This document shows positions 56,440-64,000 of a stretch of DNA of 64,000 nt, one piece after another (position 1 is the stretch's first letter; each line of letters opens with the position of its first letter). The position numbers and the translations under genes are program-made. The stretch comes from an uncultured bacterium (GTDB taxonomy: Bacteria; Verrucomicrobiota; Verrucomicrobiia; Verrucomicrobiales; DEV007), in assembly GCA_963977015.1 (NCBI GenBank), contig CAXBMO010000001.1:224001-288000 (forward strand), given 5' to 3'. The notes below the pieces were generated by a model that ran no database searches, had not been told where the DNA came from, and saw only the letters and a program-made list of their open reading frames with translations.

Positions 56440-57183
56440 ATGTTCAGTAGAATCAGTAATCTCATCCGCGGCTTTTTTGGTCTCTTCATTTCTGGATTGG
56501 AGAAGCGAAGCCCGGAAGCTCTCATTGAAGTGGAGAAAGAGAACCTCCGATCGCAAATTGCCGAGTACAACAAAGGGCTCGCAGCGCATGCGGGACTTTG
56601 TGAGCGGATGATGACCCAGGTGAAAAAAATGGAGAAGCAGGCAGACGAACTCCGCGCCAAAACCGCCGCCAACCTCAAAGCCGGGAATCGTGAACTAGCG
56701 GGCCAATATGCCTATCAATTGAAAGGCCTGAGCTCAAATTTGGAAGAGTCTCGCGCCCAACTTGAAGATGCTGAAAAGACGTATCAGGAACTGATTCGTT
56801 CGCGCGATGTTGCCGTGAAAGGGGCGCGAGAGAAGATCGCAGCGTTGCAACGCGACATCACGGACATGAAGATGAACAAGGCAATGGCAGAACTCAACGA
56901 GATGGCCAGTGGCATGATTTCCGAGATTGGCGGTTCCGGAGACACGCTCGATCGCCTCCATGAAATGGTTCAGGAAGAAAGCGACCAAGCGGCGGGACGC
57001 GCTCGTGTGGCGAGGGACAGTATCGACACCAGCGAGATTGACGTTTTGGAAAGTGAACAAAAGGCGCTCGAAGACATGGCGCTGGCGGACTTTGCCGCCG
57101 AAGCTGGCATCGTGCTGGATGAAGGCTCGAAAGGTGGCGTGGCGGAGTCCGGTGCCGTCGATAGTGGCGAGAAGACGATGTGA
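56440..57183 (+). CDS. PspA/IM30 (Vipp1/ESCRT-III-like) family protein
   Basis: Amphipathic N-terminus MFSRISNLIRGFFG, LEKRSPEALIE, long coiled coils and AGNRELA. Confidence 0.85.
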   Translation: MFSRISNLIRGFFGLFISGLEKRSPEALIEVEKENLRSQIAEYNKGLAAHAGLCERMMTQVKKMEKQADELRAKTAANLKAGNRELAGQYAYQLKGLSSNLEESRAQLEDAEKTYQELIRSRDVAVKGAREKIAALQRDITDMKMNKAMAELNEMASGMISEIGGSGDTLDRLHEMVQEESDQAAGRARVARDSIDTSEIDVLESEQKALEDMALADFAAEAGIVLDEGSKGGVAESGAVDSGEKTM

Positions 57184-57195
57184 GGCTGGCGGAGC

Positions 57196-58152
57196 CTATT
57201 TCCACTCCCAGACGTCGTCCGCAACCAGGTTGGCGGCTTCCCGAAAGGCTTCGGATTGCAACCCGGCTTTCGCTTCCGTGTCGCCTTTCAAATAGGCGTT
57301 CCAGAATTGGGTCGTGACCAGTTGGATGGCTGAGTGGTGATGGGGAATCCGGTTCTCTTTGAAGAATGAGGTATCGGAGAAGGCGAAGTGATTCGCGTCC
57401 TGAAAGACGAGCTGAAATTTGTCGCCTTCCGGCATGGCCCGATAGACGTCGCGACGTGACTCAGCCGGCATGTTAGCCTGAATCGCACTGGTGTCCTTGG
57501 TTCCGGTCAGGCAAAGCACTGGCGAACGAACCTGACCAAACGCTTCGGCCGGCGTGATTCCCTTGCCCGTAGATGGACTCATGAGAATGAAGGCATCGAT
57601 CCGGTCATCTGCGAAGTTGTAGTCGAGAGGGAATTTCTGGCCCATGAGCGCTTGTGAGGTGATGGCGCCAAAGCTGTGTCCGCTGAGGCCAATGTGTTCC
57701 AGATCCAGTTTTCGGAACAAGCGATGGCCTTCTTCCTCATTCCAACGTTCCAACTGATCGATCACGAACGGCACATCGACAAAGCGATTGAGCGACGATT
57801 CCAAATTCGCCGCGCTTTTCATCGCGGCCATCCGCTGGCTTCTCTCCGCCGACTTCCAAACCTTTTCGTCACTGCCAGCATGCTGCATGAACACCGCAGT
57901 GTAACCATGCTTGGCCCATTCGTTGCCGAGAAAGGCGTTGTTGTTGCGTGATCCTCCGAGCCCGTGGGAGAACAGCACGATTGGTTGAGCCGTATCGCCG
58001 GGTTGCTGGTAGATTTTGAGGGGAACCGTTCGGTCACGTTTGGCGTCGACCGGATCAAGTTGGAAAATCTCGACCGAGGGAGAGGTGTCTGCCCGCAAAA
58101 GCGATGGGATCAATAGAGCAAGACTGCACAACACGCGAAAAGGAGGACTCAT
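57196..58152 (-). CDS. Secreted alpha/beta hydrolase (dienelactone hydrolase / PAF-AH-like)
   Basis: VLFSHGLGGS, GHSFG nucleophile, LTGTKD and ANHFAF. Confidence 0.87.
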   Translation of the reverse strand: MSPPFRVLCSLALLIPSLLRADTSPSVEIFQLDPVDAKRDRTVPLKIYQQPGDTAQPIVLFSHGLGGSRNNNAFLGNEWAKHGYTAVFMQHAGSDEKVWKSAERSQRMAAMKSAANLESSLNRFVDVPFVIDQLERWNEEEGHRLFRKLDLEHIGLSGHSFGAITSQALMGQKFPLDYNFADDRIDAFILMSPSTGKGITPAEAFGQVRSPVLCLTGTKDTSAIQANMPAESRRDVYRAMPEGDKFQLVFQDANHFAFSDTSFFKENRIPHHHSAIQLVTTQFWNAYLKGDTEAKAGLQSEAFREAANLVADDVWEWK

Positions 58153-58206
58153 AAACAGCCAGACGCCGGGTTTGGAGGAAAGGTTACAACGCTTCTTGGA
58201 TGCGGA

Positions 58207-59625
58207 CTACGATCCAAAGCGAGTCTCGATCCAATCCCCAACTTCCTTGAGGGCTTCCGGCGCAAAGGTTTCTTCCAGAGTTCCATATTCGGTCATCGAC
58301 CCGGTTTCCGAATGCTGAAACAGGTGATTGAGCTTTGGGAGCGTCTTCACCTCAAAATCTGGATTTCCGGCCTTCGTGAGAGCGGCTGTGACGGCTGCCG
58401 AATTGGGCTCGGCCGCAACCTGGACGTCTTTTTCTCCGAACAACGCCAAGACCGGAATCTGGATCTGCTCCAGGTAAGTTGCCGGTACTTCGCTGATGAG
58501 GGAACGGAACCAGGGCGTAACCGTCATCCTGATATTCTGCTGAACCAGCTCTTCGCTGAGTCCGATTTTCTCCTTTTGCTCGGGGCTCATCGTGTCGATT
58601 CGAGCCTTGGAACTGGCGGTTAGCTTCTTGAGAAGGTCATCCTGAGAGATCGACGCGTCTTTGATCATCTCGAGGTCTTCGTTCAGTCCGTTCAAGGCGA
58701 GATCAATCAAGGAGTCTTCAAGCTCCTGGGTTTTCATGATATCGTGATGTTGCTGCCTGAGGAGAGCGTCGAGCGCAACGCCGGGAGGCGCGAGGAGCAC
58801 CAGAAAATCCACGTTCCTGTTCTGAACCGCTACCTTGGGACCGGAGAGCCCCCCTTCACTGTGACCAACAATGCCGATCGCATCCTGTCGCACTTCAGGT
58901 TGCTTCAACAAAAACTCGATCCCGGTGATCGCGTCTTCAGCAAAGTCATCCGTGGTCGAGCCGAGATGGTCTCCTTCCGACTTGGCAACCCCGCGGTCAT
59001 CATAGCGCAGGGAGGCAATTCCCCGGCGAGCAAGGTAGTCGGCAATGACAAGAAAAGGCCGATGACCGACCAACATTTCATCGCGATCTTGAGGGCCGGA
59101 ACCGGTCGAAAAGAGCACCGTGGGAAACGGTCCGTTGCCTTCCGGAATCAGCAAGGTTCCTGCCAGGGCAATGTTGGCCGCCTCATTGCGAAAGGTGACT
59201 TCTTTGCTGTGATACGGGAAGGGCGGTTTTGGCGTTTGGGGGCGAGTGAGAGTCAAAGCTTCCTGGGTTGATTTTAACTTGAAGGTCAGTTTCTGCGGGC
59301 CCTGCTCAAAGTCGCCCTCAATCGTTGTTCCATCCTCGCTGAGCTTTCCCCGGAAGCTCGGATTTCCGGGAATTCCAGCCATCGCGAATCGCACCTGTTC
59401 GGCTTCGACTCCAACGCTGGAAAGCGCAAAACCTGCCAATCCCTGAGCTGGAATATCGATGGTGCCTGTCCAGGTTTCGCCCTTCTTCTCCAGGTTGACC
59501 TGGATCTGAAGTTCGGCGTTGCCCGGCAAATGAATCGCTCCCTTCCACATGCCGCTTGGGGTTTCGCCCAGAGCAATGGTGATCAGAGTACAGAAAAGAA
59601 ATGGAAGCAGGAAATGGGGTTTCAT
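58207..59625 (-). CDS. Secreted alpha/beta hydrolase (S9-like) with N-terminal beta domain
   Basis: Signal peptide from ATG 59625; W.G.I...GTIDIPAQG, RPQTPKPPFPY, GSGPQDRDE, RYDDRGV, GHSEG, GEKDVQV and LNHLFQ. Confidence 0.88.
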   Translation of the reverse strand: MKPHFLLPFLFCTLITIALGETPSGMWKGAIHLPGNAELQIQVNLEKKGETWTGTIDIPAQGLAGFALSSVGVEAEQVRFAMAGIPGNPSFRGKLSEDGTTIEGDFEQGPQKLTFKLKSTQEALTLTRPQTPKPPFPYHSKEVTFRNEAANIALAGTLLIPEGNGPFPTVLFSTGSGPQDRDEMLVGHRPFLVIADYLARRGIASLRYDDRGVAKSEGDHLGSTTDDFAEDAITGIEFLLKQPEVRQDAIGIVGHSEGGLSGPKVAVQNRNVDFLVLLAPPGVALDALLRQQHHDIMKTQELEDSLIDLALNGLNEDLEMIKDASISQDDLLKKLTASSKARIDTMSPEQKEKIGLSEELVQQNIRMTVTPWFRSLISEVPATYLEQIQIPVLALFGEKDVQVAAEPNSAAVTAALTKAGNPDFEVKTLPKLNHLFQHSETGSMTEYGTLEETFAPEALKEVGDWIETRFGS

Positions 59626-59690
59626 GAGCGGCTTCTCAAAGGGTTCGAGTTGACGTGGCTTTACCTGAACACCTGTGCGATGATTTGTCG

Positions 59691-60218
59691 ATGAAGCAGT
59701 TTCTCCACCTTTCACTGCTCGGCCTGGTGCTTTTGTTGACGGGGTGTCAGGACGTTGTCGAATCCCCGTCTGGGCTTCCGCCTTATCGCTTCAAATTTGG
59801 CGTGGTGCAGAATGGGCAGATCATCGTTGTGGCTGAAAATCGCATCCCTTTTCGGCCGGGAACCGAGTATGGCTGGACCCTCGATCTCCAAAATCCCGGC
59901 GGGACGGTGTTGGTGAAGGAAGTGTTTACCTTGCCTTCGCCAACGGCCTGGAAATTCGACAATTTGGAGAAGATGGCCGGTCAAACAGAGGCGACCAAGA
60001 CAGAGAAGATCCGAATCGAGGAAAGTGGACAGGTGTTCAGCAAGGAAATGGAAGTGACTGCGGACGAAACCGTTTCCCATCTCAGCACCTACAAGATTCT
60101 TGCGAGTGATCCGTTGGGGAGTTATCGGCTGGAACTTTTTCTCAACGGTCAACCCGCCATCGTGCTCGAATTCACCCTGGTCAAAGACGAGGGCGAAAAG
60201 AAGGTGCGCTTGTCTTGA
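59691..60218 (+). CDS. Hypothetical lipoprotein
   Basis: Lipobox LLTGC; Ig-like C-terminal pattern DPLGSYRLELFLNG. Confidence 0.7.
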   Translation: MKQFLHLSLLGLVLLLTGCQDVVESPSGLPPYRFKFGVVQNGQIIVVAENRIPFRPGTEYGWTLDLQNPGGTVLVKEVFTLPSPTAWKFDNLEKMAGQTEATKTEKIRIEESGQVFSKEMEVTADETVSHLSTYKILASDPLGSYRLELFLNGQPAIVLEFTLVKDEGEKKVRLS

Positions 60219-60226
60219 AAGGCAGA

Positions 60227-61120
60227 TTAATCCTCGTCGTTGCCTTGCGGGCATGCGTCACCAATTTGCTCCGTTTCCAGGGTGACGTGTTCGAACCCTT
60301 TCCCATCGAGGAGGGCGCGAACTTTCCCTTTCAGACCGGGGATGTCTGTAACCTGGTGGTCAAGCACCAGGTGCGCGGTTAACACATGACTCTCGCCATC
60401 GATCGTCCAGCAGTGGATATGATGGAGGGACTCAATTCCGTCCAGCTCGCCCGCTTCGCGCTCAAACTCGTCCGCATCAAAACCCTCGGGCGTCCTTTGC
60501 AGAATGACGGCAAAGACCTTGGAAAGATTTCGAACCACATTCCAGAGCACAAATACGGAAATGCCGATGGAAAGGAGAGGGTCGACGATCGGCAATTTCC
60601 AAATCGCCATCACGGCCGCTCCAATTAACACAGCCATCCAGCCAAGCGTGTCTTCGAGGAGATGCCAATTCACCAATCTCTCGGTGAGAGAATGACCGTG
60701 CTTCATCCGCAACACCGCTGCCCCATTGAAGACTACTCCGAGGATGGCAAGCCCGATCATTCCCGGGGCATGAACCTCTTGGGGATCCGCCAGGCGTCCG
60801 ATCGCGTGATAGAGCACGAATCCCAAGCCGGCCAGCAACATCAATCCGGTGATCAATCCACCCATCAGTCGAAAGCGGCGGTAGCCGTAGGTGTGCTGGG
60901 CATCGCGATGGCGGACGGACAGTCTCTCGAAATACCATGCCAGCCCCAACGAAATCGAATCCCCCAAATCATGGACCGAGTCGGTCAGAATCGCGATGCT
61001 ATTGGTCCAAAACCCGCCCGCGATTTCGAGAATCGTGAATCCGAAGTTCAGGAAAAACGCAATCTTCAGATTCTCGCTGCTGCTGGGATGGTGGTGATCG
61101 TGCAATTGTCTGTCTCTCAA
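60227..61120 (-). CDS. Cation diffusion facilitator (CzcD/ZitB-like) transporter
   Basis: His-rich N-terminus, site A motifs DSVHDLGD and HLLED, TYGYRR, HHIHCW and HVTLE. TTG start uncertain. Confidence 0.92.
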   Translation of the reverse strand: MRDRQLHDHHHPSSSENLKIAFFLNFGFTILEIAGGFWTNSIAILTDSVHDLGDSISLGLAWYFERLSVRHRDAQHTYGYRRFRLMGGLITGLMLLAGLGFVLYHAIGRLADPQEVHAPGMIGLAILGVVFNGAAVLRMKHGHSLTERLVNWHLLEDTLGWMAVLIGAAVMAIWKLPIVDPLLSIGISVFVLWNVVRNLSKVFAVILQRTPEGFDADEFEREAGELDGIESLHHIHCWTIDGESHVLTAHLVLDHQVTDIPGLKGKVRALLDGKGFEHVTLETEQIGDACPQGNDED

Positions 61121-61199
61121 TAGTCGAAATCCTGCCTCATTTCATTATGGAAAGTGACTATCGGCTCGCGCCGTTCGTCCTGGCAGGATAAGTTGGCTG

Positions 61200-61868
61200 A
61201 TGGAAATCGAACCGGTCGGATTCATCGAGAGCCCGTTTCAGGAAAAGTTTGGGGCTCCGAGACAACCCGGCTTGGTGAATGCCGCGGAAGGCCGCATTCT
61301 GTTCGTTGATCCGTGGAATCGGGAAGAGGCCATTCGTGGGCTGGAGGCCTTTTCGCAGATTTGGGTGATTTACGGGTTTCACCAGATTTCTGAGCCGGGA
61401 AGTCGAAAAACGACGGCGCGTCCGCCCCGGTTGGGAGGGAATGAACGCGTGGGAATCTTTGCGAGCCGATCGCCATTTCGGCCGAATCGACTGGGCTTGT
61501 CGTTGGTCGAACTCTTGGCGGTGGAGCCCGGATTGCTGCGAATTGGGGGCCTGGACATGGTCGATGGAAGCCCGGTTTACGATGTGAAGCCGTATTTGCC
61601 GTGGGCGGAGTCGATTCCCGAGGCAAAAGCTGGCTTTGCGGCGGAACGGCCGGGTTCCAACTGGGAGGTCGAATTTGAGACCGGGGTACCCAATCAAAAC
61701 CTGCGGGAACTCATTGCGGCAACGCTGGCGCTGGATCCGCGGCCGGCGTTTCACAAACCGGATTCTCATCGGGTCTACGGGGCGAAGTTGAGCGGATACA
61801 ACGTCCGATGGCGCGTCGATGAGATTATGGGCGTCGTCAAAGTGATCGAAATTCTAGAGGAGAAGTAA
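61200..61868 (+). CDS. trmO: tRNA (N6-threonylcarbamoyladenosine(37)-N6)-methyltransferase TrmO (TsaA)
   Basis: ESPFQEKFGAPRQPG, RPPRLGGN..GIFASRSPFRPNRLGLS, DMVDGSPVYDVKPY and DPRPAF. Confidence 0.93.
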   Translation: MEIEPVGFIESPFQEKFGAPRQPGLVNAAEGRILFVDPWNREEAIRGLEAFSQIWVIYGFHQISEPGSRKTTARPPRLGGNERVGIFASRSPFRPNRLGLSLVELLAVEPGLLRIGGLDMVDGSPVYDVKPYLPWAESIPEAKAGFAAERPGSNWEVEFETGVPNQNLRELIAATLALDPRPAFHKPDSHRVYGAKLSGYNVRWRVDEIMGVVKVIEILEEK

Positions 61869-61962
61869 AAAGTTCTGGGAATTACAGGCCTTTTGACAAA
61901 CATTCGTCACTGAGGCTTGCCAATCCGAATTGCCCAGCGCAAGCTCAAGTCTAATTTTTACT

Positions 61963-63147
61963 ATGGCCGTTTACCGCACAAGTCCCGATCCGCCCGAGGA
62001 CGATGATAGGCAGCTTCCGATTCCCGCCGACCAGGTTCAAAATCCGCAGGCCGGAAACCCTCAATGGAAGGCTCCAAGCGGCTTCAAGATGCCATCAATG
62101 GATTCCGTGAAGGATTTTTTTTCCGGTGGCATCAATAACCTGATGGATGACATCGTGGTGGCATTGGGGAGCGAGAACATTTATGTCGCCAGCCGCGAAC
62201 ATCCCGAGCCGGCAGCTTTTGCCTCTTACATCGCAGTTTCGAAAGCCAACGGTCAGGTCATTGCGCTTGGCGAAAAAGCGCGCGCGATGATGGGGCGTGA
62301 ACCGCAGAATATTGAGGTGATTCCACTGTTGCATCATGGCGTGCCCGAGAATCCGGATTTGTTCGGCAGTTTCGTGCAACGGGTGATCAAGAAGCATTTT
62401 TCGCGAATGGTGCGCCCTCGCATTCTGTGCAGCGGCAATTTCAACAGTCCGCTTCTGAAGCAGGTTTGCAGCGAGGGCCTTTCCCAGGTTCGGTGTCGCG
62501 ACATTTTGTTCTGCGAGCCGGAGATCGCGGCCGCGGTTGGTTTGGGATTGGACATTCTGGAACCAAGCCTCAAATCCGTCCTGGTTTTTGAGAAGGATTG
62601 GATGGGCTTCATGGTCATCAGCCTGACGGGCTCGCTCACGAAAGTGCGGCTGAATATCGGCTTCGACCACATGCTCGAAGACATTCAGATCTACTTTGAG
62701 GAGTCAAACGATTTCTCGCCACGAGAAGAGGATCTCGTGCAGCAGTTTCGCACCTCCGGGTTCACCGGGAATCAGAACTTGATTGGTTGGGAAGCCTGGG
62801 TTGATCAGGTGGAACGTGGAAAACCGGTGACCCTTCAAGCCGACAGCATGGAATATCAGAAAGCGGTCACGCCGACGTTGTTGCGGGTGAAACACGCCGT
62901 GAACAAATCACTCCAGGCGCTGACTCGTGAGCAGCGTTACACGGTGCAGACGACTCCGACATATCTGGCGGGTGAATTTGCCGAATTGCCCGGGTTCAAG
63001 GAACTGCTGGAGCGCGTCTTCGGCCGTGAATTCCGGATCGGGAAAAATCCGCGCCAGACGATGGCGTCGGGGTTGGTCGCGCTCATCCCGAATATTGATG
63101 TGCTGAGAGCGATCAATGGCGGCGAAGCTCAGGAAGTGGATTTTTAA
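61963..63147 (+). CDS. Divergent MreB/Mbl-like actin-fold protein
   Basis: VIALGEKARAMMGREPQNIEVIPLLHHGV, RPRIL, AAAVGLGLDILEP, VISL, IGFDHMLEDI, YLAGEFAELPGF and IGKNPRQTMASG all align with MreB; nucleotide-binding loops are degenerate. Confidence 0.85.
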   Translation: MAVYRTSPDPPEDDDRQLPIPADQVQNPQAGNPQWKAPSGFKMPSMDSVKDFFSGGINNLMDDIVVALGSENIYVASREHPEPAAFASYIAVSKANGQVIALGEKARAMMGREPQNIEVIPLLHHGVPENPDLFGSFVQRVIKKHFSRMVRPRILCSGNFNSPLLKQVCSEGLSQVRCRDILFCEPEIAAAVGLGLDILEPSLKSVLVFEKDWMGFMVISLTGSLTKVRLNIGFDHMLEDIQIYFEESNDFSPREEDLVQQFRTSGFTGNQNLIGWEAWVDQVERGKPVTLQADSMEYQKAVTPTLLRVKHAVNKSLQALTREQRYTVQTTPTYLAGEFAELPGFKELLERVFGREFRIGKNPRQTMASGLVALIPNIDVLRAINGGEAQEVDF

Positions 63148-63156
63148 GGGCGCTCT

Positions 63157-64000
63157 ATGTTTTTTGGTCGAAACTCGTCTGCAAAAAAGAACGAACAACC
63201 CAGTTCGGCGACGCGCCTGCTGCAGCATCTTCTCAGTGAGCTAAGAAACGATTCGGGTGCGACGAAGCTGCGCAAAACGATCGAGCAAACGCTGAAGAGC
63301 GCCGGGATTGTGCAGGAGGAGGCTCTGGCCAACCTCTACCTTCAAGTGGAAAACCGGATCGCCGAGTTGGCTGCGAATCCGCTTTTGCGCCGACAGGAGA
63401 TTCGCGATCAGATTCGAACGACGTTTCCGGAGCTGGAGTCGAATTCCGAGCTGATGTTCGTTCTTGGGCCGTCCAGTGCCGACGCTGAAGAGACGGCGCA
63501 AAATTTGGAGAACACCTCGGCCGTTTCGTTGCCGGCAACGGCCATGGAGTTGACTCAGCGGATTGATGTCAGCGCGATTTCCTCGCTCGCAAAAGTCATC
63601 CTCAATTCGGTGAATGAGGGGATTCTCGCGCTTCGAAATGACGGCTCCATCCAGTTTGCGAATCCTGCCGTTGAGCGGATTTGGGGCTATCCCGTGGAGG
63701 AACTGTTGGGTCAACCGTTCGTAGATCTGTTGCCCGAAAGTTTTCGGGAAACCTATCGAACGGATTTCACCCGCTTCATCGGAGTTCCCCTTGAAGTCGA
63801 AGGGTTGCGGAGCAACGGCCAGAGTTTTCCCATCAGCATCAATATTGCGAGTGCCGAATTCCAGGAGAGTGCGGTTTTCACGGTGACAGCTCAGGACATC
63901 ACGATGCGCAAATACATCGAGGATGAGTTGGTGGAGACGAAGGATCAGTTGGAAAATCGAGTCGCGGAGCGAACCCGGGATCTTCTCGAAACTCAGCAGG
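63157..64000 (+). CDS. PAS-domain sensor protein (probably histidine kinase), 3'-truncated by window edge
   Basis: Manually translated open frame from ATG 63157: ILNSVNEGILALRNDGSIQFANPAVERIWGYPVEELLG...GLRSNGQSFPISI...QDITMRK...LENRVAERTRDL (PAS-PAC plus signalling helix). Confidence 0.88.
   Translation, partial: MFFGRNSSAKKNEQPSSATRLLQHLLSELRNDSGATKLRKTIEQTLKSAGIVQEEALANLYLQVENRIAELAANPLLRRQEIRDQIRTTFPELESNSELMFVLGPSSADAEETAQNLENTSAVSLPATAMELTQRIDVSAISSLAKVILNSVNEGILALRNDGSIQFANPAVERIWGYPVEELLGQPFVDLLPESFRETYRTDFTRFIGVPLEVEGLRSNGQSFPISINIASAEFQESAVFTVTAQDITMRKYIEDELVETKDQLENRVAERTRDLLETQQ

Noticed and set aside
1..64000. tRNA, rRNA, riboswitch, CRISPR array, transposase or prophage genes
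   Set aside because: No cloverleaf, regularly spaced direct repeats or recognisable motifs were seen in any intergenic region by eye; an Infernal/Rfam scan would be needed to exclude small RNAs.

Overview
A GC-rich bacterial chromosome segment. Gene content (PVC-type heme-binding dehydrogenase, DUF1501/PPC, planctomycete-type cytochrome c-WD40, sulfatases, Tat-exported Gfo/Idh/MocA enzymes, DUF1080) points to a Verrucomicrobia/PVC organism. It holds about 57 CDSs. These include the end of the bamA-skp-lpxD operon, an orphan nuoD, tal, galM, ugd, msrA, apt, trmO, a family-4 uracil-DNA glycosylase, a PspA homologue, several secreted carbohydrate, sulfate and ester enzymes, and an iron-uptake cluster (imelysin, di-heme DHOR protein, Fe3+ ABC transporter). 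I saw no rRNA, tRNA, CRISPR array, transposase or prophage. The most notable items are as follows. (1) Three intact, full-length ORFs look like pseudoenzymes: a membrane-anchored tandem double pseudokinase, a glycogen-debranching-family protein without its catalytic motifs, and an MreB paralogue with degenerate ATP loops directly upstream of a PAS sensor gene. (2) Two Fur-box-like 7-1-7 palindromes sit at identical distance from two iron-uptake start codons. (3) A translationally coupled pair of large secreted paralogues has unknown function. (4) A DUF6883/DUF4926 pair looks like a toxin-antitoxin module. (5) The family-4 UDG has lost its Fe-S cysteines. (6) A degenerate TA-flanked MITE-like element is present. 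All family assignments come from reading motifs by eye; no database searches were run.
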